A stretch of DNA of 64,000 nucleotides from Armatimonadota bacterium. Its GTDB lineage: Bacteria; Armatimonadota; SYMT01. Under the pieces are notes generated by a model that worked only from the letters and a program-made list of their open reading frames with translations, was not told the DNA's origin and did not search any database. Each line of letters opens with the position of its first letter. The stretch's first letter is position 1. Both the position numbers and the translations under genes were made by a program. The stretch is taken from the NCBI GenBank assembly GCA_041690135.1, contig JAWLHY010000001.1, positions 1,440,001 to 1,504,000 of the forward strand, written 5' to 3'. This document shows, one piece after another, positions 20,641-30,692 of the stretch.

Positions 20641-21486
20641 TTACTCCTGTTCTGCCGTTTTGTCTATGTTCTCTTCCGGAGCGATTTGCCCTGCCTCCTC
20701 CGGTGCGGAAGAGGGGGAAAGCGCGGGTAGAAGATAGATCTCGCCGGTGGGTCCTTCCTGCCAGGCGGAAACCTGAGCGAGGCGGATGAGTTCGAGAATC
20801 GCCAGGAAATAGATGAGGATCAGGGATCGGTCTCGCCGGAGGCCCCCCCGCGTCACGAGTGAGCTGAACGGCAAGGGTCCGGATTGCGTCCGCACCCGCC
20901 GCACGATCTCGTCCGCGGCCTGGCGGATGTTGATCGCATGGCGGCGAATGCGCAGTTGCGCCGTCTGGGCACCCTTGCCTTCCTCCTCCTCCGCCGACAT
21001 CCGCCGCAGTGCTTCGAGGAGGTCGCGCGCCTGGAGCTCCACCAGCGGGACGGCGCCTTCCCACTGCTCCACCACACTCCGCGTAAAGGTGCGTTGCGTT
21101 TGGACGGCCAACTCCTGAAGCTGTTCCGCCACCTGCTGGAAGCGCTCGTACTCCAACAGCCGCGCCACCAGCTCGGCTCGCGGGTCCTGTCCCAGCTCAT
21201 CCAGGCTGGTTTCGGGAAGCGGGTCGGGCCGGGGAAGCAGCGTACGCGATTTGATTTCCATCAAAGTCGCCGCGATCACCAGGAATTCGCCCGCTACGTC
21301 CAGATCCAGCGCGTCCATCATGGCGAGATACTCCATGTACTGCTCCGTTACGAGCGATATGGAGACCTCGCTGATATCCAGCTTGTTCGTCCGGATCAGG
21401 TGCAGCAGCAGATCGAGCGGACCCTCGAACACCGGCAGCTTCACCGGATAGGCACTGCGGGTGATTCGGAGGTTGGTAGCATTCAT
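20641..21486 (-). CDS. scpA: Segregation and condensation protein A
   Basis: FEGPLDLLLHLI, EFLVIAATLMEIKSRTLLP and FLAILEL. Confidence 0.95.
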   Translation of the reverse strand: MNATNLRITRSAYPVKLPVFEGPLDLLLHLIRTNKLDISEVSISLVTEQYMEYLAMMDALDLDVAGEFLVIAATLMEIKSRTLLPRPDPLPETSLDELGQDPRAELVARLLEYERFQQVAEQLQELAVQTQRTFTRSVVEQWEGAVPLVELQARDLLEALRRMSAEEEEGKGAQTAQLRIRRHAINIRQAADEIVRRVRTQSGPLPFSSLVTRGGLRRDRSLILIYFLAILELIRLAQVSAWQEGPTGEIYLLPALSPSSAPEEAGQIAPEENIDKTAEQE

Positions 21487-21500
21487 AGTGGAGGTGGCGA

Positions 21501-21619
21501 GGGTAAGGGAGTAAGGGGGTATGCAAGTGGGAAATTGGGAAGTCACCAGGTTCTTGCGAGGTGCTGGTCACTGTCCGGCGGAATCACCCTTCCATCCCCT
21601 ACTCCCACACTACCCTACT
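21501..21619. repeat. Two degenerate 8-mer tracts in roughly opposite orientation
   Basis: gggtaagg-gagtaagg-gggtatgc-aagtggga-aattggga (21501-21540) and ccttccat-cccctact-cccacact (about 21588-21619). Confidence 0.5.
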
Positions 21620-22655
21620 TCGTAACCGTACTCCGGACCAGCTTCTCCAGGTCCTCCCGGGGTGCATCGCCCACGGCCAGGAAATAGGTGCGACCCTGCG
21701 CATCGTTGTGCTCGTAGCGCACCGTAAGGTCTGCGTCCGCCCCACGGGCGAAGCAGTTTGTCGTGGAGACGCAGTCCGGATGGCCGCACTCGAAGATGCT
21801 GATGGCGTTCAGCCCATCCCAGTACTCCAGCCGAGCCGCCTGGTGCGGGCGAGCGCACGAACAGGGGGTCTGGTACCCTCCGCGGAAGCGATAACCCGGC
21901 GGCAGCCACTGGGGCCGGCGCACCTGGAACCCGATCAACCGAGAAAGCCTTTCCGGATCGAAGGGAGTACCGGTGTCCCCGAGCTGTGCCGACCCGTACT
22001 TCCGGAGCAGGTCATCCGACGGCCGAAACTCCGCATCTTTCGGCGCTTCTACCTCGGATAGGTACCGCACCTGGGTGAAACGCGTGCTCCGCAGGAGTTG
22101 ATCGTTCTGCCCGTAGTCTTCACTGGCCAGGATTACCGAGGTTGCCGGGTCGATCCAGATCCGCTTCCAGCGCCCGTGCTCGCTCTTGGGACGCATTTCC
22201 ACTGTGACGGCACGTCGCCCGGCCACCTGCCCTGTGGCATCCATTCTGACATTGTAATTCTTGAGCAGCTGGAGTTCCGGCGCCTCCCCTTCCGGCTGAC
22301 GGGCATGGGCGACGGTGAGGCGCTTCCGCAGCGGGTTGTACCGGTACGTGCGCTTGCCGTCTTCCCAGATGGTCACGCCTTCGATCGGACTGGTCACATA
22401 CTTGATACGGATCCGGCCGTCCGCGGAGGAAAGCACCTCGGCCTCCACCTGGAGCGGTTTTCCGCCCTCTCCGGGCATTCGGATCTCCTGGCGCCCTTCC
22501 AGGGCTACGCGGCGTCCTTCCGTCCAAGCCTTTTGGACCAACGCGTGGGGGTCCTGTCTCGGGGCGGCGCCTACCTGGCGCATCCGCATGAGCCAGAGGC
22601 CTCCCCCGACCAGGGCACAAACTACGGCCACCAGCCAGGGTGTACTGCGTTCCAT
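21615..22655 (-). CDS. MucB/RseB-like (LolA-fold) sigma-E regulatory protein
   Basis: N-terminal TM; LLKNY, VAGR, WIDPATSVIL, PQWLPPGY and YWDGLNAISIFE. TGATG coupling to the anti-sigma gene. Confidence 0.82.
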   Translation of the reverse strand: MERSTPWLVAVVCALVGGGLWLMRMRQVGAAPRQDPHALVQKAWTEGRRVALEGRQEIRMPGEGGKPLQVEAEVLSSADGRIRIKYVTSPIEGVTIWEDGKRTYRYNPLRKRLTVAHARQPEGEAPELQLLKNYNVRMDATGQVAGRRAVTVEMRPKSEHGRWKRIWIDPATSVILASEDYGQNDQLLRSTRFTQVRYLSEVEAPKDAEFRPSDDLLRKYGSAQLGDTGTPFDPERLSRLIGFQVRRPQWLPPGYRFRGGYQTPCSCARPHQAARLEYWDGLNAISIFECGHPDCVSTTNCFARGADADLTVRYEHNDAQGRTYFLAVGDAPREDLEKLVRSTVTK

Positions 22656-23230
22656 CACTGAACTCCTGGAGCTCCCTTCTCCCGATCCGGTTCCCGTTCG
22701 GGTTCCCGATCGGAACGCGGCTCCGCGTCTTCCTGCCTGACGAGCTGCGCCAGGGCTTCCCACGCCACCCGGTCGGTCAGCGGGCCTTCGCTGGCGGAGA
22801 GTGCATGCTGCCGGATCGATTGCGCCAGGGCCGTATTCGCAACACCCGGTCCGTTACCCGGGTGCACATCGATCGGCGGTGCGATCGCCGATTGTCCGAC
22901 CGGAAGGAACAGGCCCAGGGCCACAGATGCCATGGCCATGCCCATCGCCGCGGCACGGGCCGGCCGGCTGTAGAGGAACGACCACCACGCCGGCTGCTGT
23001 CGCACCACCCGTCCGGATTCGATCTGGTTTCGAACCGCATTGAACAGGCCCGCGGGAGGGGTCCGAGCCCCGAACTCCGCAACCAGGTCCCCCACGGATT
23101 CGAGCGCGCGGAGTTCCGCGCGGCAATCGGCACAGTCGTGAAGGTGAGCCTTCACCTGGGCCTCCTGCCCGCCGGAAAGGATCTCCACGGAGTAATCCGG
23201 CAGCAGATCGCGAATCTGCGAGCAATCCAT
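22655..23230 (-). CDS. Zinc-finger (zf-HC2/ZAS) membrane-anchored anti-sigma factor
   Basis: MDC...HLHDCADC (HxxxCxxC); TM helix; directly downstream of the ECF sigma gene. Confidence 0.9.
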   Translation of the reverse strand: MDCSQIRDLLPDYSVEILSGGQEAQVKAHLHDCADCRAELRALESVGDLVAEFGARTPPAGLFNAVRNQIESGRVVRQQPAWWSFLYSRPARAAAMGMAMASVALGLFLPVGQSAIAPPIDVHPGNGPGVANTALAQSIRQHALSASEGPLTDRVAWEALAQLVRQEDAEPRSDREPEREPDREKGAPGVQ

Positions 23231-23241
23231 TTTCCTACCCT

Positions 23242-23904
23242 CTACCCTTCCACATAGCCGGCGAGTTTCCGTCGCAGCGCGTCTCTTGCTCGGGCCAGCC
23301 GCGACTTCACCGTGCCGACCGAACAGTTCATCACTTTCGCGATCTCTTCTACAGGCATTCCTTCGATATGGTGCAGCGTCACCACCGTGCGATGGTCCGG
23401 CGAGAGGCCCTGGATGGCCCGCTGCACGGTATCCTGCATCGCCCGGGTTTGCGTGGCGTCGGCTGGGTCGCCGCTGTAATCGGCGATCTCCCGCTGCCCG
23501 CCTTCTTCCTCGCCGTCGTTAAACGGCTGGTCCAGGGACTCCTGGCGCACTCGCGTGTTGTCGCGGATCCAGTTCCGGGCCAGGTTTCCGGCGATCCGAT
23601 AGAGCCAGGAGGCGAAGGCCTCCGGCGCCTGGAGCCGGGGTAGTGCTTTCCATACCCGGACGAACGCATCCTGGGTCAGGTCCGCCGCATCCTGGTCGCT
23701 GCGCACCATCTGGTAGATGATGTTGTAGACGCCCCGATGGTACTGGTTAAAAAGTTGTTCGAAGGCCTCCAGGTCCCCAGCCTGGGCCCGGCGTACCCAC
23801 TCCGTCTGCGAATTATCAGCCAAGTCTCGCCTCAGGGCGCGGGTCTCACTATTTGGACCCAGGAAACGGGGAAACGTTCCCACGCTTTGGGGCGCAAATG
23901 CCAT
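23242..23904 (-). CDS. ECF RNA polymerase sigma factor (RpoE/SigW-like)
   Basis: GDLEAFEQL, DLTQDAF, WLYRIA.N and EIAKVMNCSVGTVKSRLARAR. Confidence 0.95.
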   Translation of the reverse strand: MAFAPQSVGTFPRFLGPNSETRALRRDLADNSQTEWVRRAQAGDLEAFEQLFNQYHRGVYNIIYQMVRSDQDAADLTQDAFVRVWKALPRLQAPEAFASWLYRIAGNLARNWIRDNTRVRQESLDQPFNDGEEEGGQREIADYSGDPADATQTRAMQDTVQRAIQGLSPDHRTVVTLHHIEGMPVEEIAKVMNCSVGTVKSRLARARDALRRKLAGYVEG

Positions 23905-24041
23905 TGGTTCACCCTCTATTTATACCGCAGGTGGCGCTTTCCGCGCGCTTACCTACCTGCTGGAGAAGTTGGCGTTACTTCTTGTTCTTGCTACGAGGGT
24001 CCAGACACGGGCCCGGAGCATCCGGTTCCCACGATTGTGGC

Positions 24042-24097
24042 GGTGTTCGGGCACTTGGCATTGGGTGTTCGGGTGTTCGGGTGTTCGGGTGTTCGGG
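24042..24097 (+). repeat. Octamer tandem repeat (GGGTGTTC)x4 plus a flanking copy
   Basis: Four perfect copies at 24063-24094 and one more at about 24042. Confidence 0.85.
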
Positions 24098-24106
24098 CCC
24101 CCAAGA

Positions 24107-24270
24107 TCGTCATTGCGAGGAGCAACGAATCTGCTGCAACTTCACAGTCGCGATCAGCCTCCCTTCGAAGCACCTAAGTCCTGCCATGATCCTGTAAGCG
24201 ACGCGGCAAGCCCCCTGGTCAGGGCACCTGTAACAGACCGGCACCCATTGCACCCGTCTCGCGATGACGA
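24107..24270. repeat. Degenerate GTCATTGCGAG-type REP/MITE-like palindromic element
   Basis: Terminal inverted repeats TCGTCATTGCGAG (24107-24119) and CTCGCGATGACGA (24258-24270), 12/13 match; internal gcgacgcggcaa. Confidence 0.6.
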
Positions 24271-24297
24271 ACAGAGGCCGAGTGGGACCGCAACATA

Positions 24298-24336
24298 GAA
24301 AGGGGCCAGGCTGCCGAACGCGCAACCTGGCCCCCT
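24298..24336 (-). terminator. Intrinsic terminator of the nuo operon
   Basis: Minus strand GGGGCCAGG...CCTGGCCCC followed by TTTCT, just after the nuoN stop. Confidence 0.7.
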
Positions 24337-24360
24337 CCTTCAACCCTCTCGCGGCGGTTC

Positions 24361-25926
24361 CTATTGCTTCATCGCCGTGACGGGCGGCGGCACGCGGAAG
24401 AAACCATCGCCGACCCGCTGCGCCAGGGAGAAGGCGCTCCCCGCCCAGAGGCCGAGGGCGATCGTCCCGACCGCCGTGAGCGCCAGGGCGGTGCGCGTGT
24501 GCCAGCCGGTGCTCAGCACGGCGATCGGCTCGCCCTCTTCCGGCTTGTCGAAGTACATCGCCCGGACCACGCCCAGGTAGTAGTAGAACGACACGGCCGA
24601 GGTCAGCGCGAAGAGGACCACCAGCCACACCAGCGGGGCGTTCATCCCGATCAGGGCGCGGATGATGAACAGCTTGCCGAAGAAGCCCGCGGTAGGCGGA
24701 AGGCCCGCCAGCGAGAGCATGAAGAGCGACATCAGCCCGGCGAGAAGCGGGTACTTGGTGGCCACCCCGGCGAGGTCGCTCACCGTCTGCACCTCGTGCC
24801 CCTTCTTGCGAAGCGCCATGATCACGCCGAAGGCGCCCAGGTTGCTCACCGTATAGGTCAGGGCGTAGAAGAGCACCGCGCTCACGGCCTGCGTTCGCGG
24901 GTCCGGACCCATCATGAAGCCCCCGACGCCAGGACGTACTGCCGCAACGAGGCCCACTAGCATGTAGCCCGCGTGGGCGATGCTGGAGTAGGCCAGCATC
25001 CGCTTCAGGCTGGGCTGGACCACCGCCACGACGTTGCCGACGAGCATCGTCAGCGCCGCGATGCTGGCGAGGACCGCCGAGATCTGGAACTGAAGGTTCT
25101 GGTCCTGGAAGCCGGATGCGATCACTCGCAGGAACGCGGCGAACCCGGCGGACTTCGCGACCACCGACATGAACGCGGTCACGGAAGTCGGGGCCCCTTC
25201 GTAAACGTCCGGGGTCCAGATATGGAACGGAACCACCGCCACCTTGAACCCGAACCCGACCAGGATCATCGCCACACCGCCCAGGAGCATGAAGTTCTTG
25301 GCCGGCTCCGCGCCGCCCGCGGCAATGTCGCCCAATGAGGTGACGATGTTCGGGATGTCGATGTGTCCCGTAGCTCCGTAGACCAGCGCGATCCCGTAGA
25401 GCAGGAACGCCGAGGCGAACGCGCCGAGCAGGAAGTACTTCAGCGCCGACTCGTCGCTTTCGAGGCGTTCGGTCTGGTAGCCCGCCAAGATGTACAGCGA
25501 AATGCTGAGGATCTCGAGACCGATGAACACGCAGATCAGGTTCAGCGAAGCGGCCATCACGATCCCCCCGAGGGTCGTGAAGAGGATGAGCACGTAGTAC
25601 TCGCCCTGGTTGCCGCCTTCCCGCTCCAGGTAGTTCACGGAGAGCAGGATCGAAAGCGCCGCGCCCAGCACGAACACGATCGTAAAGAACGCCGTGTAGC
25701 CGTCGGCGATCACCATGCCGTTCATAGCCGGCTGGGCCTCCGCTTTAGGCCACGTTACTCCGGCGACCACGCCGGCGGCAATCAGGCCGAGGACGGAGAA
25801 ATTAGCTAACCCGCGCTTCGAAATCTTCGGCCAGAACGCGTCGGTGAGGAGGACGATCATCCCCACGACGGCGAGGATCAACTGCGGGCTGATGGCCAGC
25901 AGATCTTTATAAGATGGAATCGGCAT
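24361..25926 (-). CDS. nuoN: NADH-quinone oxidoreductase subunit N
   Basis: ESALKYFLLG, FKVAVVPFHIWTPDVYEGAP and KRMLAYSSIAHAGY; last gene of the operon. Confidence 0.96.
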   Translation of the reverse strand: MPIPSYKDLLAISPQLILAVVGMIVLLTDAFWPKISKRGLANFSVLGLIAAGVVAGVTWPKAEAQPAMNGMVIADGYTAFFTIVFVLGAALSILLSVNYLEREGGNQGEYYVLILFTTLGGIVMAASLNLICVFIGLEILSISLYILAGYQTERLESDESALKYFLLGAFASAFLLYGIALVYGATGHIDIPNIVTSLGDIAAGGAEPAKNFMLLGGVAMILVGFGFKVAVVPFHIWTPDVYEGAPTSVTAFMSVVAKSAGFAAFLRVIASGFQDQNLQFQISAVLASIAALTMLVGNVVAVVQPSLKRMLAYSSIAHAGYMLVGLVAAVRPGVGGFMMGPDPRTQAVSAVLFYALTYTVSNLGAFGVIMALRKKGHEVQTVSDLAGVATKYPLLAGLMSLFMLSLAGLPPTAGFFGKLFIIRALIGMNAPLVWLVVLFALTSAVSFYYYLGVVRAMYFDKPEEGEPIAVLSTGWHTRTALALTAVGTIALGLWAGSAFSLAQRVGDGFFRVPPPVTAMKQ

Positions 25927-25951
25927 TAACCCAGAAACCCTTCTGACCGCC

Positions 25952-27559
25952 TCACTTTGCCAGCGTTACGGAATGGCCCGACGGAAGCTGCACGGCATCG
26001 GCCGCCCGGCGCGCGTTCATCTGCAGGCGCGCGTCTTCCACGGGCCGGATCACCTTTTGATATACGGCCTGGTCGAACAACGTGATGACGGTGTTCGGCA
26101 CAATGCCGATCCAGAACATCAGGATCACGAGCGGCATCAGCACCACGATTTCGCGCTTCGTGAGGTCCGTCAGGCGCTGGTTTTCGGGCCGGTCGAGCGG
26201 TCCTTGCATCACGCGCTGGAACATCCACAGCATGTACACGGCACCCAACACCACGCCGGTCGCGCCGAGTACTGCCGCCCACTGGTTGGCCCGCGGTGCG
26301 CCCTGCGGACCCCAGGTGCCGATGAGGATGAGGAACTCACCCACGAACCCGTTCAGGCCCGGCAGCCCCACGCTGGAAAGCATCGTGATCAGGAAGATCG
26401 CCCCGAAGACCGGCAGCGCTTTCCAGACCCCGCCGAAGGCGGAGATCTCGCGAGTGTGGCGCCGCTCGTAGATCATCCCGACCAGGAGGAAGAGCGCGCC
26501 CGTGCTGAGACCGTGGTTGATCTGCTGAAGCACACTCCCCACGACGGCTTCCCGGGTGAAAGCGAAAAGCCCGAGGATGCAGAACCCGAGGTGGCTCACC
26601 GATGAGTAAGCGACGAGCCGCTTGATGTCGGTCTGCACGTAAGCCATCAACGCACCGTAAATGATGCCGATGACCGCCAGTGCCAGGAACCAGGGGGCCA
26701 CCTGCAGCGCCACATCCGGGAAGAGCGGGATACAGAAGCGGAGCAGACCGTACGTGCCCATCTTCAGCAGGACGCCCGCCAGGATGACGGAGCCGGCGGT
26801 CGGCGCTTCCACGTGCGCGTCCGGCAGCCAGGTGTGGAACGGGAACATCGGTACCTTGATCGCGAACGCTACCGCGAAGGCGAGGAACAGCCAGAGACGT
26901 GCGTTCGGGGCGATGGCCGAGGTCGCCGCCAGCGGTCCCGCGGGGTCGGTGAGCACCTCCAGGTCGAACGTCCCCTGCCCGCCCTGCGCCGAGGCGTTGT
27001 AGAGCCACACGATCGCCACGAGCATCAAGAGGCTGCCGGCAACCGTGTACAGCACGAACTTGATCGTCGCGTAGAGCCGTCGTGGGCCGCCCCAGATACC
27101 GATGAGGAAATACATCGGTATCAGCATCGCTTCCCAGAAGACGTAGAAGAGCACCAGATCCAGGGCGACAAGCGCGCCCAGCATCCCCGTTTCCAGGAGG
27201 AGCAGGAAGATGTAGTACTCTTTCACCCGGTCCCCGATCGCCGTGAACGACGCCAGGATGGCGATGGCGGAGAGCATCGTGGTGAGGAGTACCAGCACCA
27301 GGCTGATCCCGTCGATACCGATCTTGTACTCGATCCCGAACTGCGGGACCCAGGGGATCTCGGTGACGAACTGGTAGCGCGCGTTGTCCATCACCTGGAA
27401 GCCGGTGAGCAGCCCCAGGGAGATCACGAACGTCACCGCCGAAACGATCAGTGCGCCCCACTTGTGCAGGTTCGTCTGCTCCTTCGGCGCGAAGGCCAGG
27501 AGCAGCGCGCCCACCAGCGGGAGGTAGAGCACCAGGTTGAGTGTAGTCGCGGGATTCAT
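25952..27559 (-). CDS. nuoM: NADH-quinone oxidoreductase subunit M
   Basis: GIDGIS, FWEAMLIPMY, FHTWLPDAHVEAPT and KRLVAYSSVSH. Confidence 0.97.
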   Translation of the reverse strand: MNPATTLNLVLYLPLVGALLLAFAPKEQTNLHKWGALIVSAVTFVISLGLLTGFQVMDNARYQFVTEIPWVPQFGIEYKIGIDGISLVLVLLTTMLSAIAILASFTAIGDRVKEYYIFLLLLETGMLGALVALDLVLFYVFWEAMLIPMYFLIGIWGGPRRLYATIKFVLYTVAGSLLMLVAIVWLYNASAQGGQGTFDLEVLTDPAGPLAATSAIAPNARLWLFLAFAVAFAIKVPMFPFHTWLPDAHVEAPTAGSVILAGVLLKMGTYGLLRFCIPLFPDVALQVAPWFLALAVIGIIYGALMAYVQTDIKRLVAYSSVSHLGFCILGLFAFTREAVVGSVLQQINHGLSTGALFLLVGMIYERRHTREISAFGGVWKALPVFGAIFLITMLSSVGLPGLNGFVGEFLILIGTWGPQGAPRANQWAAVLGATGVVLGAVYMLWMFQRVMQGPLDRPENQRLTDLTKREIVVLMPLVILMFWIGIVPNTVITLFDQAVYQKVIRPVEDARLQMNARRAADAVQLPSGHSVTLAK

Positions 27560-27561
27560 GA

Positions 27562-29727
27562 TTACTTAAACGGCTGCTGGAGAATGATCAGGAAGCAGGC
27601 GACCACGAACACCGCCCCGGCCAGCATCACCAGTGCATAGTTGCGAACGTAGCCGGTCTGGAGCGTGCGGAGCGACTCCGCCAAGTAGTTGACGAAACCG
27701 CCGACCCCGTCCACCAGCTTGTCGATCATCAGGCGGTCGACCACGCTGTAAAGGACCTGGGAGATCGCCGTGCCGGCCCGCACCACCACCACGTGGAGAA
27801 ACCCCTCGTAGGCGTTCTGCGCCGCGCCGAGCAACTTCTCGGCGCCGGGCGACCAACCGCGAGCGAACTTCTCGGTCCCGAAGCCGACCCAGGCCAGGAG
27901 GACACCGGCAATAGCCGCCGCCGAAGAGAGCAGGGTCGGCAGTCCCGTGAGGGTGGCGACCGTCGGCCACGACCACACTCCCGGCTTGCCCGCGCCGTGC
28001 CCGGCCTCGGCCCCGTGTGCACCCGCGGCTGCGGCGGCCCCGTGAGCCGCCTCGGCAGCACCATGCGCCCCTGCGGCGGCGCCGTGAGCGGCGTCGGCCG
28101 CTCCGTGAGCGCCCGCCACCATCCCCTGCGTGACATCGTAGATGAAGCCGGGAAGGAAGAACACCACCAGGGCTCCGACGACCGAGAGGATGGCCAGCAC
28201 GATCAGCGGGATGTTCATCACCCACTGCTCCGGATGAACATGCACGTGACCGTGACCGTGACCGTGGCCGTGGCCGTGGCCGTGGTCATGCCCATGCTCG
28301 TGGCTATGGCCGTGCTCCTGTTGGTCGCCGCCGTGCCCCTCGTCACCCATCTCGATCCGCTCCGAACCGAGGAAGACGGTGATGAACATGCGGGTCATGT
28401 AGAAGGCCGTCAGCCCGGCAACGAACACGCCGATACCGAAGATCAGCGGCTGCCCGTGGTGCAGCGCGTTCTCCAGGATGGCGTCTTTGCTGAAGAAGCC
28501 GGAGCCGAACGGCAGGCCGCAGATCATATACCAGCCGACCGCGAAAGTCCCGAAGGTGACGGGCATATACTTGCGCATGTTGCCCATCTTCCGCATGTCG
28601 AGCTGGCCTTCGAGCGCGTGCATCACGGCGCCGGCCCCGAGGAACATCAGGGCCTTGAAGAAGGCGTGCGTCACCAGGTGGGACACCCCGGCCGCATACG
28701 CCCCCACGCCGACGCCAACAAACATGAAGCCCAACTGGCTGACCGTGGAGTACGCCAGGACCCGCTTGATGTCGTACTGCTTGATGGCGATGATCGCAGC
28801 GTACAGGGCCGTCAGGACGCCGACCCACGCCACTACTGTGTGGGCGAGCTCCGTCAGCCCGAACATCGCCGCGGAGCGAGCCACGAGGTAAACCCCCGCG
28901 GTGACCATGGTCGCGGCGTGGATGAGCGCGGAGACGGGCGTGGGGCCTTCCATCGCGTCCGGCAGCCAAACGTAAAGGGGAAGCTGGGCACTCTTGCCGC
29001 AGGCGCCGAGGAAAAGTAGGAGACAGGCGACCTCCAGGGCGGAGAACGGCCCGATGCGCACTTCCATCAGCCGCGCGGCCTGGTCGAGGGCGCCCGTGCC
29101 GTCCGGCGTGTTGTAGACGAGCGACCCGGTCACCCAGAAGATCACAAAGAGACCCAGGAGAAAGCCGAAGTCGCCAACCCGGTTGACCAGGAACGCCTTC
29201 TTACCCGCCTGGGCGGCCGAGACCCGTTCGAACCAGAAGCCAATCAGGAGATAGGAGCAAACGCCCACTCCTTCCCAGCCCACGAACATCAGCACGTAGT
29301 TGTTCGCGAGCACCAGGATGAGCATCGAGAAAAGGAACAGGTTCAGGTAGGTAAAGAACCGCCCGTACCGCTCGTCCCCCTTCATGTAGCCCATCGAGAA
29401 GATGTGGATGAGGGTCCCCACGCCGGTGACCACCAGGGTCATCATGATCGAGAGGGGATCGATCCGCACCGCCATCGGCAGTTCGAGGGATCCGGGGATC
29501 TCGATCCAAGTGTACCGGATGAGGTCGAGCCAGGGCCTGCCGGCGAGGATCTGCGACAGGTTGGCGGCAACGAGCACCGCGAAGACAAAAGACGCCGCGG
29601 CCGCCACACTGCCGACGGGACCGCAGAGCTTCTGACGGACATCGCGGCCCATCCCGGAGAGGATGAGGCCGTTGATGACCACGCCGATCAGCGGCGAGAG
29701 GAGCACAAACCAGATGAGTTCAGCCAT
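27562..29727 (-). CDS. nuoL: NADH-quinone oxidoreductase subunit L
   Basis: GWEGVG, KAFLVNRVGD, KSAQLPLYVWLPDAMEGPTPVSALIHAATMV and QTGYVRNY. Confidence 0.97.
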   Translation of the reverse strand: MAELIWFVLLSPLIGVVINGLILSGMGRDVRQKLCGPVGSVAAAASFVFAVLVAANLSQILAGRPWLDLIRYTWIEIPGSLELPMAVRIDPLSIMMTLVVTGVGTLIHIFSMGYMKGDERYGRFFTYLNLFLFSMLILVLANNYVLMFVGWEGVGVCSYLLIGFWFERVSAAQAGKKAFLVNRVGDFGFLLGLFVIFWVTGSLVYNTPDGTGALDQAARLMEVRIGPFSALEVACLLLFLGACGKSAQLPLYVWLPDAMEGPTPVSALIHAATMVTAGVYLVARSAAMFGLTELAHTVVAWVGVLTALYAAIIAIKQYDIKRVLAYSTVSQLGFMFVGVGVGAYAAGVSHLVTHAFFKALMFLGAGAVMHALEGQLDMRKMGNMRKYMPVTFGTFAVGWYMICGLPFGSGFFSKDAILENALHHGQPLIFGIGVFVAGLTAFYMTRMFITVFLGSERIEMGDEGHGGDQQEHGHSHEHGHDHGHGHGHGHGHGHVHVHPEQWVMNIPLIVLAILSVVGALVVFFLPGFIYDVTQGMVAGAHGAADAAHGAAAGAHGAAEAAHGAAAAAGAHGAEAGHGAGKPGVWSWPTVATLTGLPTLLSSAAAIAGVLLAWVGFGTEKFARGWSPGAEKLLGAAQNAYEGFLHVVVVRAGTAISQVLYSVVDRLMIDKLVDGVGGFVNYLAESLRTLQTGYVRNYALVMLAGAVFVVACFLIILQQPFK

Positions 29728-29827
29728 GGTTTCGGTTTACGCTGGGCCCCACCGCACGCGGGCGGCGGGGCTGGCCACGCGGCGCACCCGCGGAAGCGGG
29801 GCTGCGGCAACGCGGCAGAGATCGGAG

Positions 29828-30142
29828 CTACCCTCGGAGGAGGCTCACCTCGTCGACATCGATGTTGTGGCGCTCGCGGAAAATGGAGACGATGATCCCG
29901 AGCCCGACGGCGACTTCGGCGGCGGCCACGGTCATCACGAAGAACGCGAAGATCTGTCCGTCGAACCCGCGCTCGCGGCTGAAGGTGATGAACGCCAGGT
30001 TCACGGCATTGAGCATCAACTCAATGCACATGAAAATAACGATGGGGTTCTTCCGGGTGAGCACTCCCAACGTGCCGATCGTAAACAGCACCGCGCTCAG
30101 TCCCAGGTAGTATTGGCTAGGGATTGCTTGTAGTGGACCCAT
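29828..30142 (-). CDS. nuoK: NADH-quinone oxidoreductase subunit K
   Basis: [14 protein letters not shown] and [10 protein letters not shown]. Confidence 0.97.
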   Translation of the reverse strand: MGPLQAIPSQYYLGLSAVLFTIGTLGVLTRKNPIVIFMCIELMLNAVNLAFITFSRERGFDGQIFAFFVMTVAAAEVAVGLGIIVSIFRERHNIDVDEVSLLRG

Positions 30143-30686
30143 CTGCGGTTACCGGCGCCCCGCGGCGCTTCGTGAGGATGAGCACCCCGATCACGCCGAC
30201 CAGCAGCAAGATCGAAGTCAACTCAAAGGGGTAGACATACTTCGTAAAGAGGTCGTAGCCGATCACCTGGATCTGCGTGATGCCCTGGGCCTCCGCCGCC
30301 CGGATCCGATCCGCGCCCGCCTGAAGGGCCGGCGCCGGGTTCGCAACCGAGAAGATTCCCGCGCCCAGACCGACGAGCAGGGCGATCCCCAGCAGGGCGC
30401 CGACGGAGCGCTGGCCGACCAGCGGATCGGTGGTGGTGTTCTCGCCGCCCAGGTTCAGGAGCATGATGATGAACATAAAGAGCACCATAATAGCCCCTGC
30501 GTAGACCAGGACCTGGAGCACCGCCAGCACCTGTGCGTTCAGTGCGAAATACACGAACGCGAGTGAGACGAAATTGAGCACCAGCAGCAGGGCCGAGCGC
30601 ACCGGGTTGCGGTGGAAAACCACACCCAGGGCCGTCACTACGGCCAGGATCGCCAGGATCCAGAAGAAGATCAGCGCACCCGTCAT
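30117..30686 (-). CDS. nuoJ: NADH-quinone oxidoreductase subunit J
   Basis: [20 protein letters not shown] and [11 protein letters not shown]. Confidence 0.96.
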   Translation of the reverse strand: MTGALIFFWILAILAVVTALGVVFHRNPVRSALLLVLNFVSLAFVYFALNAQVLAVLQVLVYAGAIMVLFMFIIMLLNLGGENTTTDPLVGQRSVGALLGIALLVGLGAGIFSVANPAPALQAGADRIRAAEAQGITQIQVIGYDLFTKYVYPFELTSILLLVGVIGVLILTKRRGAPVTADGSTTSNP

Positions 30687-30692
30687 TCTCGA

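Noticed and set aside
20555-21064. N-terminal extension of ScpB (likewise the ORF-track extensions of NuoF, Pnkp, Hen1 and the ABC permease)
   Set aside because: The extensions overlap upstream genes or lack homology; internal starts match the family N-termini.
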